From assembly GCF_000143415.4 (NCBI RefSeq), contig NW_003314342.1:782173-846172 (forward strand): DNA of 64,000 nucleotides. Direction: 5' to 3'. Of this stretch, positions 36,376 through 48,487 are shown piece after piece (the first letter of the stretch is position 1; every line of letters starts with the position of its first letter). A program made the position numbers and the translations under genes. This DNA comes from Selaginella moellendorffii (Eukaryota; Plantae; Lycopodiophyta). The notes under the pieces were generated by a model, which worked only from the letters and a program-made list of their open reading frames with translations, was not told where the DNA came from and made no database searches.

Positions 36376-39300
36376 GAGCTGTCTGTTTGGACTCCCCGAA
36401 TAAAAATCACTTTTCTTCTTTATCAAGCTCCTCACCACCTTTCATCAAAGCCACCACCAATTCCCGCAACTTCCGCGTCCCATGTCTCCTTTCTTTCACC
36501 GGACAATCAGGACTCAAGGCTCTGGCGTTACTAGACTCGGGTGCAACTTCCTGCTTCATGGACACGGACTTTGCTGCCCGACATCACGTTCCTCTTTCTC
36601 CTACCATACGGGATTTGAGGGTTGAAGGCATCGGCGGGCATTTTGTGTCTCCATCTTCTGGACTTAGGGAAACGTTGCCCGTTTGAGTACACATCGGGTC
36701 CACCGTCACCGATATCGCCTTCAACATCATCAACAACAAGTCCTCCTCTGTGGTGCTCGGTCTTCCTTGGTTCCAACTACATCAGCCTTAGATCTGTTGG
36801 AAGGAATTACAGCTCATCTCTCCCACGGCTTCCCCTGCTTTTCATCGAGTCCGAATTAGGAAAAGTTCCCTAAACTCAAATCGGGGTTCTGTTCCTGACT
36901 CTATTAAGTTTTCACCCTCTTCTTTTTCCTCTCTTCCATCTTCCATTGGACCGTATCCTCGTCTCATCATTCCATTTAGTCGTACGCCTCCTCCTATCTC
37001 CACAATCACTATGAAAGAACTCCTTCATGAAGAACCTCTTTTTCTTTTTGCTTTGCATGTTTCTCCTGTCAGTCTTCCTGAGAAGTATCATGATTTTAGG
37101 GATGTGTTTGACAAGAAAAAAGCTAGTGTATTACCTGTTCATCGGCCTTATAATTGTCCCATTGATTTACAGGAAGGAGCGTCACCTCCGTGGGGGCCTA
37201 TCTACGGGTTATCCCCGTCCGAGCTTAAGGCCCTCAAAGAGTACGTGGATGAGAACCTTGCCTTGGGCTACATTCAGCATTCGCAGTCCCCAGCTGGAGC
37301 GCCTGTCTTCTTTGTCAAGAAGAAGGATGGGAGCTTGCGGCTAGTCATCGATTACCGAGGTTTGAACAAGGTGACTGTTCGGAACCGTTATCCGCTTCCC
37401 CTGATCTCGGACCTGTTGGAACGCCTCGGCGGTGCCCGCTTCTTCACCAAGATCGACCTCCGTAGAGCATACAACCTGATCCGGATCCGGCCTAGTGATG
37501 AATGGAAGACTGCGTTCTGAACCCGCTATGGCCACTTCGAGTACACTGTCATGCCATTTGGCTTGACAAATGCTCCAACAGTTTTCCAACATATGGCGAA
37601 CGACGTCTTTCGGGAGTTTCTTGATCAGATGGTGATCGTCTACCTCGATGACATCCTCATCTACTCAAAAACTCAGGAGGAGCATGACGAACATGTACGC
37701 AAGGTGCTAGCGAAGCTGCGAGAACACGGCCTATACGCGAAGCTTGAGAAATGTTCCTTTGATCAGCAGTCTGTGGAGTTCCTTGGGTACATTGTCACTC
37801 CTAAGGGTATCACGATGGATCCTGCCAAAGTCAAGACTATTCTCGAATGGGAGCCTCCACAATCAATGTCGGACGTTCAGGTTTTTCTTGGCTTCGCCAA
37901 CTTCTACCGCAAATTCATTGATCACTACTCTGACATTGTCCTTCCTCTCACACATCTCACTCGCAAGGATGTTCCCTTCTCTTGGTCTGCTGCTGCCCAG
38001 CAGGCCTTCGACACACTCAAGGCGGCCTTCAGTTCTGCTCCTGTCTTGATCCATGCTGATTCCTCACAACCTTTCTTCATCGAGGCTGACGCCTCCGACT
38101 TTGCCATTGGTGCTGTGCTATCTCAACTCGGAGCGGATCACGAACTTCATTCGGTCGCTTTCCATTCTCGGAAATTCCAGCCTGCGGAGATCAATTACGA
38201 AATCCACGACAAGGAGCTCCTTGCCATCGTGGATTCCTTTGGAGAGTGGCGCCGTTTCTTGGAGGGGGCGAGCCATCAAACAACAGTCTGGACGGATCAC
38301 AAAAATCTCGAGTACTTTGCCACTTCCCGAGTTTTAAGCCGTCGTCAAGCAAGGTGGGCACAATTCCTGAGTCGGTTTGACTTTGTTATCAAGTACAGAC
38401 CTGGAAAGTTTCAAGGCCTTCTTGATGCTCTTTCAAGGAGCTCCTATCTCAGTCTCAGGCCTGGTAATCCTGCCTTCGATCAACAGGATCAAGTTATCCT
38501 CGGTCCTGATCGGCTTCAAGTTATGGCAATTTCTCTGGCCCCTCAGGACTCCTCCTTGATGGATGCAATCAGAAACGATCTTCAATCCGATGATCTCGCT
38601 AGCGACATTTTCCCCCATCTTCAGGCTGGACACCCGGTGACTCCCGACTGCCGGCGATTTGACGAGTTCGAGTTCTTAGATGGCTTATTGTACCGTGGGG
38701 AGCAGCTTTACGTTCCTAAAGGTGATGCTCGAAGGTTGGTTCTGATGGCGTGCCACGATAGCCTGACTGCTGTTCACTTCGGCATTGCGAAAACCTATGA
38801 GCTAGTTGCACGGGACTTTTGGTGGCCTCACATGGACGACTACATCAAAGCTTTTGTTACCTCCTGTGACACTTGTGCCCGGAATAAGGTACCTCGCCAC
38901 CTTCCTTCAGGTTTGCTTCATTCCCTTCCAGTCCCTTCAGGTCCTTGGGAATCCATCTCCATGGATTTCTTGAGTGATCTTCCGAGTTCTGGAGGCTTCA
39001 ACAGCATTTTAGTCGTGGTGGATTGCTTCACAAAAATGGCGCACTTCTTGCCATGTACCAAGGAGTTTTTGGGCGAGGACATGGCAAAACTGGTATTCAG
39101 GGAAATTTTCCGACTTCATGGGATTCCTACAGATGTGGTTTCGGATCGGGGGCCTCAGTTCATCTCTCATTTCTGGCAACGGTTTTTGCAGCTGCTTGGA
39201 GTGAAGGCCAACCTCTCTTCGGCATATCATCCTCAAACTGATGGGCAGTCCAAGCGAACGATTTAGACGTTGGAACAATTTTTGAGGTGCTTCATCAACT

Positions 39301-40106
39301 ATCATCAGGATAATTGGTTCGATATCCTTCCCCTTGCTGAATTCTCCTATAACAACTCTGTTCACTCCTCTCTTCGAGTTTCCCCCTTCTTTGCGAACTC
39401 TGGCCGAAATCCCCGATTCAATCTCTCACTTCCTTCTCCATCTGAATCCTCTCGTTCAAATCCCCGCTCTGAGGCATTTATCTCCAACCTCCAGGAAATC
39501 CACAACTCCATCTCCTTCCACCTCCATCGTGCTCAGGAATCTCATAAAACATTTGCAAATGTCCATCGTCAGGATTGTCCCCCTTACAATATCGGGGATA
39601 AAGTCTGGCTCCTCAGGCGAAATATCTCCACTACCAGGCCCTGTCCAAAACTCGATTTCAAACGCCTTGGTCCTTTCCCTATCACTGCCATCATTAATCC
39701 TGTCACTTATCGCCTTGCACTTCCCTCCTCATATCAAATTCACCCCGTTTTTCACTCCTCTCTCCTTGAGCCTTATATTCCCAGTCCTATTCCAAATCGG
39801 GTCATTCCTCCGCCTCTACCGGTACAGCTCGAGGATGGGTCTGAGTACGAGGTTCAGGACATCCTTGATTCCAAGATTTCATGGTCTAAACTCTACTATC
39901 TGGTGGACTGGAAGGGTTACGGACCTGAGGAATGCACTTGGGAACCTGCGGACAACCTGATTCATTCTCTTGACCTTGTTCAGGACTTCCACCGCCGCTA
40001 TCCTTCTCATCCCAGTCCTCATTCTTTTTCTCCATCTCCCATCCCTTGCTGTTCATCTCATCCTCCTCTTCGTTCTCGTTCACATCCTCGTTCCACTCGT
40101 TCTTGA
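36348..40106 (+). pseudogene. pol: Chromovirus pol (PR-RT-RH-IN-chromodomain) with nonsense mutations
   Basis: LLDSGA, PFGLTNAP, YLDD, EADASDFAIGAVL, SAYHPQTDGQ, EYEVQDILDS..YLVDWKGYGPEECTWEP. Stops at 36684, 37518 and 39264 (CGA>TGA / CAG>TAG type). Confidence 0.9.
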
Positions 40107-41625
40107 GGAGGGGGTGCTGTCAGGAATCCCCCAATTCTTGCCACATTCCTAACTCTTGCCGGATTCCTGACCTGCAGACCACATTCCTGACTCTCGAGAC
40201 ACTTCCCTATTCCTGACTCTCGAGACACTTCCCGATTCCTGAGTCTCGAGCCACATTCCTGATGATGATGTGGCGCCTCCTCAACCTCAGCTATATTTAG
40301 GCCGTCCTCGATCCAATAGTGGTGGAGCTTCATCAACCTATAGTATATATAGGTTAGCCTTGTTCCATTTCTCCACAATCTGAATCAACGCCAGTCTAAG
40401 GCCTTTTCTTTGTTTCCACTAGCTTTTCTCTTTTTGTCTTTTTGCATTTCCCAGTCTTGATCTTGTCAGGGGTCTTGACATCTCTCTCCCCTTAAGCCAA
40501 CTGGAAAAGGGGCAATTGCTTGATGAGAGAGCCCTTAGTGGCTATTTCATCCCCATTTATCCCCCAAGGTTCCAAGGATCCACGGTGACAGTATATCCAA
40601 ATCTCATCCCATGATCATATGGGCTACACTCACCCCCTAGCTTTTCTCTTTTTGTCTTTTTGCATTTTCCAGTCTTGATCTTGTCAGGGGTCTTGACATC
40701 TCTCTCCCCTTAAGCCAACTGGAAAAGGGGCAATTGCTTGATGAGAGAGCCCTTAGTGGCTATTTCATCCCCATTTATCCCCCAAGGTTCCAAGGATCCA
40801 CGGTGATAGTATATCCAAATCTCATCCCATGATCATATGGGCTACACTCACCCCCCCTTCAGAGATGTCAATGCCAAGGGGAACCAGCACCTCCATTTCC
40901 GCACTTAATCTACCAATCCTTCCATTGTGTAAACTAGCTATTCCATGTGAGGCAACTAGTCATCCACCCGTGTCAATGCCAAGGGGAACCAGCACCTCCA
41001 TTTCCGCACTTAATCTACCAATCCTTCCATTGTGTAAACTAGCTATTCCATGTGAGGCAACTAGTCATCCACCCGTACCGCAGTCCCACGATGGATACCT
41101 TCGTCCGTGGATACTCCACACAAGAGGAAGGACGTACGCATGCTCAAGGGTATATTATACTTTTAAGTAGCCACTAATCAATGGGAATCGAACCCATGCC
41201 ATTTACTCCGATACCAACTGTAGCGCACTTTATCTCTCTCCCCTTAAGCCAACTAGAAAAGGGGTAATTGCTTGATGAGAGAGCCCTTAGTGGCTATTTT
41301 ATCCCGATTTATCCCCCAAGGTTCCAAGGATCCACGGTGACAGTATATCCAAATCTCATCCCATGAATGCACTCACCCCCCCAATTAATCTACCAATCCT
41401 TCCATTGTGTAAACTAGCTATTCCATGTGATCCATACCTTCGTCCGTGGATACTCCACACAAGAGGAAGGACGTACGTATGGATGCTCAATACATACGAT
41501 TTTAAATTTAGGGGTAGGAATATACCTTGCTCAAGGGTATATTATACTTTTAAGTAGCCACTAAGGTTCCAAGGATCCATGGTGACAGTATATCTAAATC
41601 TCATCCCATGATCACATGAGCTACA

Positions 41626-42173
41626 CCAAAAGTAGAAGGAGTTGTACCACGTGCCATAAATGCCACCATCAATTAAGTTTGATTGTTCAATTGTAAACAC
41701 ATAGCATCAAGCAATTGTACCAACTACTACTCCAAAGTCAAAGGAGGAGATTGCTAATCTGCCATGAAGATGAACAAAAAAGAAAGAGTAAAAGAAGAGA
41801 AATGACAAAAAGCTAGAAGAAAATGGTAGATCTAGACAATGCAAAAAACTAGATCTAAACCAAAATCCTGAAAGGGAAGAAAAGAAAAAAGAAATGGAAA
41901 AAGCTAAATCTAGACAATGTAAAAGTTAGATCTAAACCAAAATCATAAATCCAAACACTCCTCAGAGACAATCAAAAGTGCCCCTCAACTCCACCAATGT
42001 GAGTGCATGGAATATGGAAAGGGAATATAGAAAATGTGCATATCAATTAACCCAAAAACCCTAGTTTATATATAGAAGTGAATGGTCCGGATTGAAATCA
42101 ATCTGACGGCTATCAAAATCCCACTATGCTGATATTAGTATACGGCATCGTAGCCGTACACTTGGACCTCACA
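41626..42173 (-). mobile_element. 5' end of the host gypsy element: LTR 41998-42173, PBS and leader
   Basis: Reverse complement of the LTR at 24295-24465; adjacent TGGTGGAG PBS on the minus strand; downstream sequence colinear with the relic at 59340-59500. Confidence 0.8.
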
Positions 42174-42732
42174 AACTCAATTAAAATTTTGGAAAGTGAT
42201 TTTGATAATAAATAGAAAACAATGATTTTTGACATATAACTTAAAAATAAACAACACATGTTTGACATTTAACATTGCTCCAACTTTGGAATCCAGTCAA
42301 TATTTATTTTTATAAAACATAATATTTTATTCACATAACAGGAATAAGATGTATGGATTGAAATAATAGCTTAACATATTATCTACTTTTAAATGAAACT
42401 TAAAAACGTTTTAATATTTAATAAAATATTTATTTTGAAATTATTATTATTTCAGCAATATGAAATATGCATGCGTAATATGTTACAATTTTTAAATTTT
42501 GAATTAAGTGAAATAAACACCTAAAAGGTATAATTATACTTTATCTCGGTGATACCTTCAATATTTTTAGGGTTCTTCCGAAGATCAGTTGGCAATTCCA
42601 AAGATATTACACACTGGATCCTTGTCTGGACGCGCTTCAACCTCCGCGGGTTCTCCTATTCTCGGATTTGTCTGCGCATGAGGCCTAGATAAACTTGCCG
42701 AGCTCGCATTCTTTCCAGGTAAACATTCAAAG

Positions 42733-43956
42733 ATGGTGTTCTTTGCGAGATTTCTAGCTCTAGCATGTCTTGTAGTGATTGCTGTGGCCGATCCAGCGGC
42801 ACCTCCTCCAGGAAATTAGTAAGCATCAATGCTTCCTCATTGCTTCTTTATGTTTATGTTGATCGTAGGAGTTTTTTTTCTTTCGAATGCTAAACTTTGT
42901 CTCTCTGGGTGGATTCCAGCGCGCACCTCCGCGTGAGAGGCCGTGGCAAGCAGCTCTACGCTTGCAATGCTGCGTCCAAGGCCTGGGAGTTCGACGTTGC
43001 TTGGGCGGATTTGTTCTACACCTCGGACAAGAACTATACGCGGCGAATTGGAGTCCACTATTTCCTCCAGTTTCCAGATGCCAACGGTGGACGACCGTCC
43101 TGGTCGCTGTTTAGAAGTCCTGGAGATCCAGACTCTGCGACTCCATCGCTCACAGTCACAGGTACCTTGTCGCTTGTTCTATCTTTTGCAGTGGTTTGTG
43201 GTTTTTATATGTTTTTTCTTTCGTTGTTTTCTGCCAGGCAAAGTGCTGGACAAAACTCCATCAGCTGGAAACATCGATGCACTGCTCCTCCAAGTTACTT
43301 CTTTCAGTGGACGCACAGGCATTTCTTATATCCAGCGATATCCAGTGAGTGGAGGAGTGGCTCCTGCGGCCAACCTTTGCACCAAAGCGGGAGACACTCT
43401 AGCCGTGGACTACGAGAGCGAGTACGCATTCTTCTCCCAGCTCAAGAGGCCTGCCGCTTCGGGCCTTTCAAACGCAACAAGCAACAGTACCAAGGTCGTG
43501 GCATCCTACTTTGGCGAGGGATTCCAGCTCTACACTTACGAGAATTCTTCCTGGGTTCTAAAGGGAGCCTCGGCCTCCCTGAGCTCTGTTCCCGGACGAG
43601 AGATTGTTGGGAGTCACTATTTCCTTTATCAAGCTGATGCGAGCGGCGGACAGCCGACTTGGACCATCTACTCTCCGACTTACAGTCGTGTGACTGGCAA
43701 AGTGACCGAGAAAGTTTCAAACGACAACTCGAGTGTTCCGGTGCTTCGTCTAGAGAGGACCAGCAGCAGCGGAGAGCCGTAAGTTTTCTATCTGCGAGTT
43801 GAGATTCTAAGAGTTTCCACTTTCAGGGAAGGAATAGCGCGTGCAACGAGGATCGAGCGGTTGTCCCCGCGTGGAGGTCTGCCACCCACCAATCCTGGCA
43901 AAAATGGTGAAAGATTCAGATCGCCATACACATCAATCTACTGGTTCTATGCGTGA
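42733..43956 (+). CDS. Secreted tandem DUF3455-like protein, copy 3 (intact)
   Basis: Same 4-exon structure; protein nearly identical to copy 1. Confidence 0.85.
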
Positions 43957-44066
43957 GAGGGCACTTGACAGGTTTCACTGACAGAAGAAATAAGACCTTA
44001 CTGTGTTGTTCCATTCGATTTTTCTAATCCAAACTTGCGTTTCACATTCACAAAGATGGTGCCGAG

Positions 44067-46076
44067 CTAGCTCGACGAGAACTTCCTCATGGAAGACGAG
44101 CTAGAGAGCACGTACGAAGCAGAGACCTCGGGCTCCAGTTGGAGCGTCCTCTCGGCGGCAACCGAGGCCTGCCGCTCGCTCCCGTCGCAAACCTTGTTGC
44201 TCGAGTCGAGCAGGATCGTCCAAGGCACGGGACCCGGCTCAAACGGCATGACATCGACGAGCTCCTGCGCTAGCTGAAGCTGCCCCGACCGTCCCAGCAG
44301 ATCCACCACGCACACAAAGTGATCCACGCTCGGCCTCAAACCAAAGTCCTCCTGCATGCTCCGGAAGAGCTCGAGTCCTCTACTCAGCATTCCAGCATGG
44401 CTACAGACTGAGAGCACGCTCACAAACACGATTTCGTCCGCCGCAGCGCCGCCCTCCAACAGCATGAGCTCGAAAGTCCGGATGGCCGCCTGGGACTCGC
44501 CAGCTTGAGAGTAGGCCGAGACCATGGCGTCGTAAGAAGCTACGTCCCTCTGGAGTGGAGGAATTTGCCGGAAGACAGCCTCGGCACTGGGCAGTGATCC
44601 ACACTTCGTGAACATCTGGACGAGAGCAGTGTCAAGCTTCTGAGAGTGGAGCCTCGCCTGGATGATCTCCTCGTGGACAAGCTTGGCTTCTCCGAGAGAA
44701 GTGACCCCATTGACGAGGCCGACGAAGGTGACATGGTTGGCTTCCACGCCTTCCAAGTCCATTCCAGCGAGAGCTTGGATGGCCTCGCGGCAGTGGTGGT
44801 TCTCTCCAAAGGCCGTGATCATCGCAGTCCAGCAAACAGCGTCGCGGAGGCTCGCTCGGGTTTGATCGAAGACTGTGACGGCGTCCACCAGGCTGCGGCA
44901 TTTCCCATACATGCTCACCAGCGAGACCTGGATGCGTTGGTCGCGGTCGAGGCCTCGATTGATGATCTCGGCGTGGAGCGCTCGTCCGGTTTCGAGCTCG
45001 CCAGCATCAGCGCAGGCTCCCAGCGCTGCGATGAAAGTTATCTCGTTTGGTTTGATCCTCTCGAGCTGCATGGTTTTCAGCAGCTCCAGAGCTCGGTGAG
45101 GATGGCCATTGAGATTAAACGCCGAGAGCATCGAGTTCCAAGTGACGATGTTTCGTCTCTTTGCGGGCATGGAATCAAACACTTGCTTTGCACGAAATGC
45201 TTCCCCGTTTTGGGCATATGCAGTGATCATAGCATTCCAAGCCATTTCATCCTTGTCAAGGATTACATCAAAGATCTTCCTTGCGTTTTCGACAAGACCA
45301 TTGTGAGAAAACGCTTGCAGCATTGTAGTTTGAGCGACTACGTCCTTCTCAGGCATGAGAGCAAACATCCTCTCCGCATTTGCAATTTCTCCGGCTTTGG
45401 CATACGCAGTGATCATCGCAGTGTAGACGTGAATGTTTGGTTTCTCCATCGCATCAAACAAACGCTTCGCTTCTTCCAGCCGGTTGTGCGCTGCGTAAGA
45501 CGATATCAGAGCACCCCAAGAAACCGGATTTCTTTCAGGCATCCTATCAAACAACTCTTTCGCACGATCAAATTCCCCTTTCTGGGCAAGTGCGGTAAGC
45601 ATCACAGTCCATGCCACTACATTCTTCTCGGGCATTCGATCAAACAGTTCCTGGGCTTGATCCAGGTTCCCATCAGCGGCGTAGCGTTTTATCATCACGA
45701 CCCATGAGACCGGATCTCTCTTGGGCATCGCTTCGAACCACGCTCGAGCGTCGTCCAAGGTTCCATTCTGGGCAATTGCCGAGAGCATGATCGTCCACGA
45801 GAAGACATTGGGTCGGCGGATGCGATCGAAGGCCAATCTGGCCCTTTCCATGTCCCCGCATCTCCCGTAGCTCTGGACGACGAGATTGGCAAGGAAAACA
45901 TTCGTGCTATGGCGACTGCTCAAGACCCTGTCGTGAATCTCGTGAATTTCATTCACCCGGTGGGATTGCGCGGCAGATCGTAGCAGCCCAGCAAAGAAAG
46001 AAACCTCTCCCCGATCACCTCTCAAGTCACCACAAGAGACCTTTAGTGGAAAGGAAGCACAAAGAGAGAAGATCAT
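44067..46076 (-). CDS. PLS-class pentatricopeptide repeat protein with E-like C-terminus, no DYW (669 aa)
   Basis: Intronless ORF with many repeats such as FDRMPEKNVVAWTVML; terminal DHFVCVVDLLGRSGQL...MPFEP..VPW..LL...LEPE.SASYVL; no HxE/CxxC deaminase motif. Confidence 0.92.
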   Translation of the reverse strand: MIFSLCASFPLKVSCGDLRGDRGEVSFFAGLLRSAAQSHRVNEIHEIHDRVLSSRHSTNVFLANLVVQSYGRCGDMERARLAFDRIRRPNVFSWTIMLSAIAQNGTLDDARAWFEAMPKRDPVSWVVMIKRYAADGNLDQAQELFDRMPEKNVVAWTVMLTALAQKGEFDRAKELFDRMPERNPVSWGALISSYAAHNRLEEAKRLFDAMEKPNIHVYTAMITAYAKAGEIANAERMFALMPEKDVVAQTTMLQAFSHNGLVENARKIFDVILDKDEMAWNAMITAYAQNGEAFRAKQVFDSMPAKRRNIVTWNSMLSAFNLNGHPHRALELLKTMQLERIKPNEITFIAALGACADAGELETGRALHAEIINRGLDRDQRIQVSLVSMYGKCRSLVDAVTVFDQTRASLRDAVCWTAMITAFGENHHCREAIQALAGMDLEGVEANHVTFVGLVNGVTSLGEAKLVHEEIIQARLHSQKLDTALVQMFTKCGSLPSAEAVFRQIPPLQRDVASYDAMVSAYSQAGESQAAIRTFELMLLEGGAAADEIVFVSVLSVCSHAGMLSRGLELFRSMQEDFGLRPSVDHFVCVVDLLGRSGQLQLAQELVDVMPFEPGPVPWTILLDSSNKVCDGSERQASVAAERTLQLEPEVSASYVLSSSSSMRKFSSS

Positions 46077-47001
46077 ACATAGCTACCTTTTGTGAAACTG
46101 AGTTCCAAGAATTAGGGTTTGAAAGGGTTTAGCAAAGGATTAGATGTAGAACTCCCAATGAAAGTGGAGAAGATTTTATTCTCTTCCAACACCAACAATC
46201 TAGAGTATGAAGTACTTGGGGAAAAGGAGCAAGATGGAGAGTGGATGTTTTTGGGTAAAACAATTCAAGCTCACTAAGCTGTGATTCATCTTTGTCAAAC
46301 CTCTCTCTGGATTTGAGGTATCTACCATTGTGAGTTTCTATGGTAAAGACAATGCTAAAAAGCCTGTGGAGTTGAAATACATCAACCTTCTGGACTATGA
46401 AAAGCCTTTTAAAGTCGGCCAGCTTTCCAAGATACTCGTCCTTGGAAAGTAGGACGACTTTAAATTGCAATTGTTCCATCCAATCTCCCGTATTACAATT
46501 CTGGTTAGACCATCCCTGCCGGTGGTTGTTGACGATGACCAGGACAAGCCCAACCCTAAAACGCGAGAGTTGACCATCAGATAATTAGAACGAGGGGAAA
46601 TGCTAAGGCCTCAATGCAAGCTGATAGTTTTTTAAAGGACTTCCACTTGTCACTTAGAGCGTGAGGAATATGATCTCCAGCAGATAGGATTTAACTGTAA
46701 TATCTGATTTTAAATTTTTTTAGAGCTTTAACAGTTTTTACAAAGAGTTAATTTTGTTTTTTTAGTGCAATAGGACAAAACAAATATGTGGCTATTAGGC
46801 TTCAAGCCACAACGTAGAATTCTCACCACTAAATATTACCCCAATATGTCCATCTTTTGGACTGTATGGTTCGTATTTCCAATCATACAAATAATGAAAG
46901 ACAAGACGTAGAGGAAAGAACAATGTCCAATTCAGCCCATAAGTGCTGGTACATCAAATGATCCATCAAAACTTCCTCTTTGAAAAGTTTCTTCTTTTTT
47001 C

Positions 47002-48487
47002 ATGGGCTCTCTCTCGAAATTTCAAGTTGTTCTTATCCCAGTTCCAGCACAGGGACATGTCGTTCCAATCATCTATCTCGCCCGGAAGCTCGCGCTCCTC
47101 GGAGTCACTGTGACCATCATCAACGTTGATAGCATCCACGAAACCTTGCAGCAATCCTGGAAGAGCGAGGACAATCCTGTGAGTAATGGCCACGACATTC
47201 GCCTCGAGTCCATCTCTATGGACTTGCGAGTTCCCAATGGCTTCGACGAGAAGAACTTCGACGCGCAGGCCGCCTTCTGCGAGGCCATCTTCCGAATGGA
47301 GGATCCACTCGCGGAGCTCTTGTCCCGGATCGATCGAGACGGCCCCAGAGTCGCGTGTGTCGTCTCGGACTTTTACCATCTCAGTGCTCCACACGCTGCA
47401 AAGAAGGCTGGATTGGCTGGAGCGAGCTTTTGGCCGGGAAACGCTGCTTGGGCTGCCATAGAATTCCACGTTCCAAAGCTCCTGGAGATGGGAGACGTTC
47501 CTGTCAAAGGTGAAGCTTTGATTGATCTAGAAGTGTGTTCTAAGAAAACTTGGGATTTCTATGGTGCCAGCGGGAGATGAAAAGCTGATTTCTTACATCC
47601 CTGGAATGGAGATAAGATCGCAAGACATTCCAGTCTTCATGCACGACGGAGAATTCCAGAAGAACGGGGAAGAACTATCACTGTATCGCTCCAAGAGGAT
47701 CGCACTGGATTCTTGGTTTCTGATAAACTCTGTCCACGACATCGAGCCGCGAATTTTCGAAGCGATGAGGGAAGGATTCGGGGAGAATTTCGTGCCGGTT
47801 GGACCATTGTTTCCTCTCAAGGGAGAGGGGATCGATTCGACTGGATTGCAAGAGGTAAACCTGAGAACTCCGGATGAATCTTGTCTTCCATGGCTAGACA
47901 AGCGTGATCGTGGTTCGGTCCTCTATGTTTCGTTTGGAAGCATCTCCTTCATGACTGCCAAGCAATTCGAGGAGATCGCGCTGGGATTGGAGGCAAGCAA
48001 GGTTTCTTTTCTCTGGGTGATACGATCAAACTCTGTTCTTGGCATGGACGAGGAGTTCTACAAAGGTTTCGTGAGCAGGACTGGCGGGAGAGGATTGTTC
48101 GTGAGATGGGCGCCGCAGCTAGAGATCTTGCAGCACGAATCAACAGGGGCTTTTCTCACTCACTGCGGATGGAACTCCATGCTCGAGAGCTTGGCGTGTG
48201 GAGTGCCAATGCTGGGGTGGCCATCTATGTTTGAGCAAAACACGAATGCCAAGCTGGTGCTGGAAGGCGAGGGCGTGGGAGTGGCATTCTCGAGATCTGG
48301 AGGGAAGGATGGATTTGCGCCGAGAGAAGAGGTGGAAGAGAAAGTGAGGGCGATCATGGAGGGAGAGCAAGGCAGGAGATTGAAAGCCAGGGCGATGGAG
48401 ATTCGAGAATTGGCTGTCAAGGCTGCTTCTCCCGGAGGTTCTTCTCACACGAACCTCAAGAAATTCGTGGAGAGCCTTGCCTGGTAA
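47002..48487 (+). CDS. Family 1 UDP-glycosyltransferase (474 aa, one intron 47510-47570)
   Basis: PAQGH (catalytic His), VLYVSFGS, full PSPG box WAPQLEILQHESTGAFLTHCGWNSMLESLACGVPMLGWPSMFEQ, GGSSHTNL. The 61-bp GT-AG intron restores the frame. Confidence 0.96.

Larger units (their letters stand above)
34944..40480 (+). mobile_element. Full-length Ty3/gypsy chromovirus (Tcn1/Tf1-sushi-like), inactivated by stops
   Basis: LTRs 34944-35304 and 40118-40480 (TGTCA...TGACA). TSD TCTCT. PPT GAGGAGGGGG at ~40105. gag, PR, RT, RNase H, IN and chromodomain in order. Confidence 0.96.
26925..41625 (-). mobile_element. Tandem-array TRIM (~165-bp LTRs TGTAGCGCA...GCTACA), interrupted by two nested elements
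   Basis: Repeated LTR pieces; reverse-complement tRNA-Met PBS (CTCCGATACCA at ~27212, ~34854, ~41206); reverse-complement PPT (CTCACCCCCC after GCTACA). TRIM sequence occupies 26925-27225, 34663-34943 and 40481-41625. Confidence 0.75.

Noticed and set aside
44646-45707. 353-aa plus-strand ORF (and similar ones at 18106 and 22847)
   Set aside because: Antisense shadow of the PPR coding sequence; no recognisable domain.
46129-46577. 116-aa and 60-aa minus-strand ORFs upstream of the PPR gene
   Set aside because: Non-ATG start for the longer one, no motif recognised; cannot be supported without a search.
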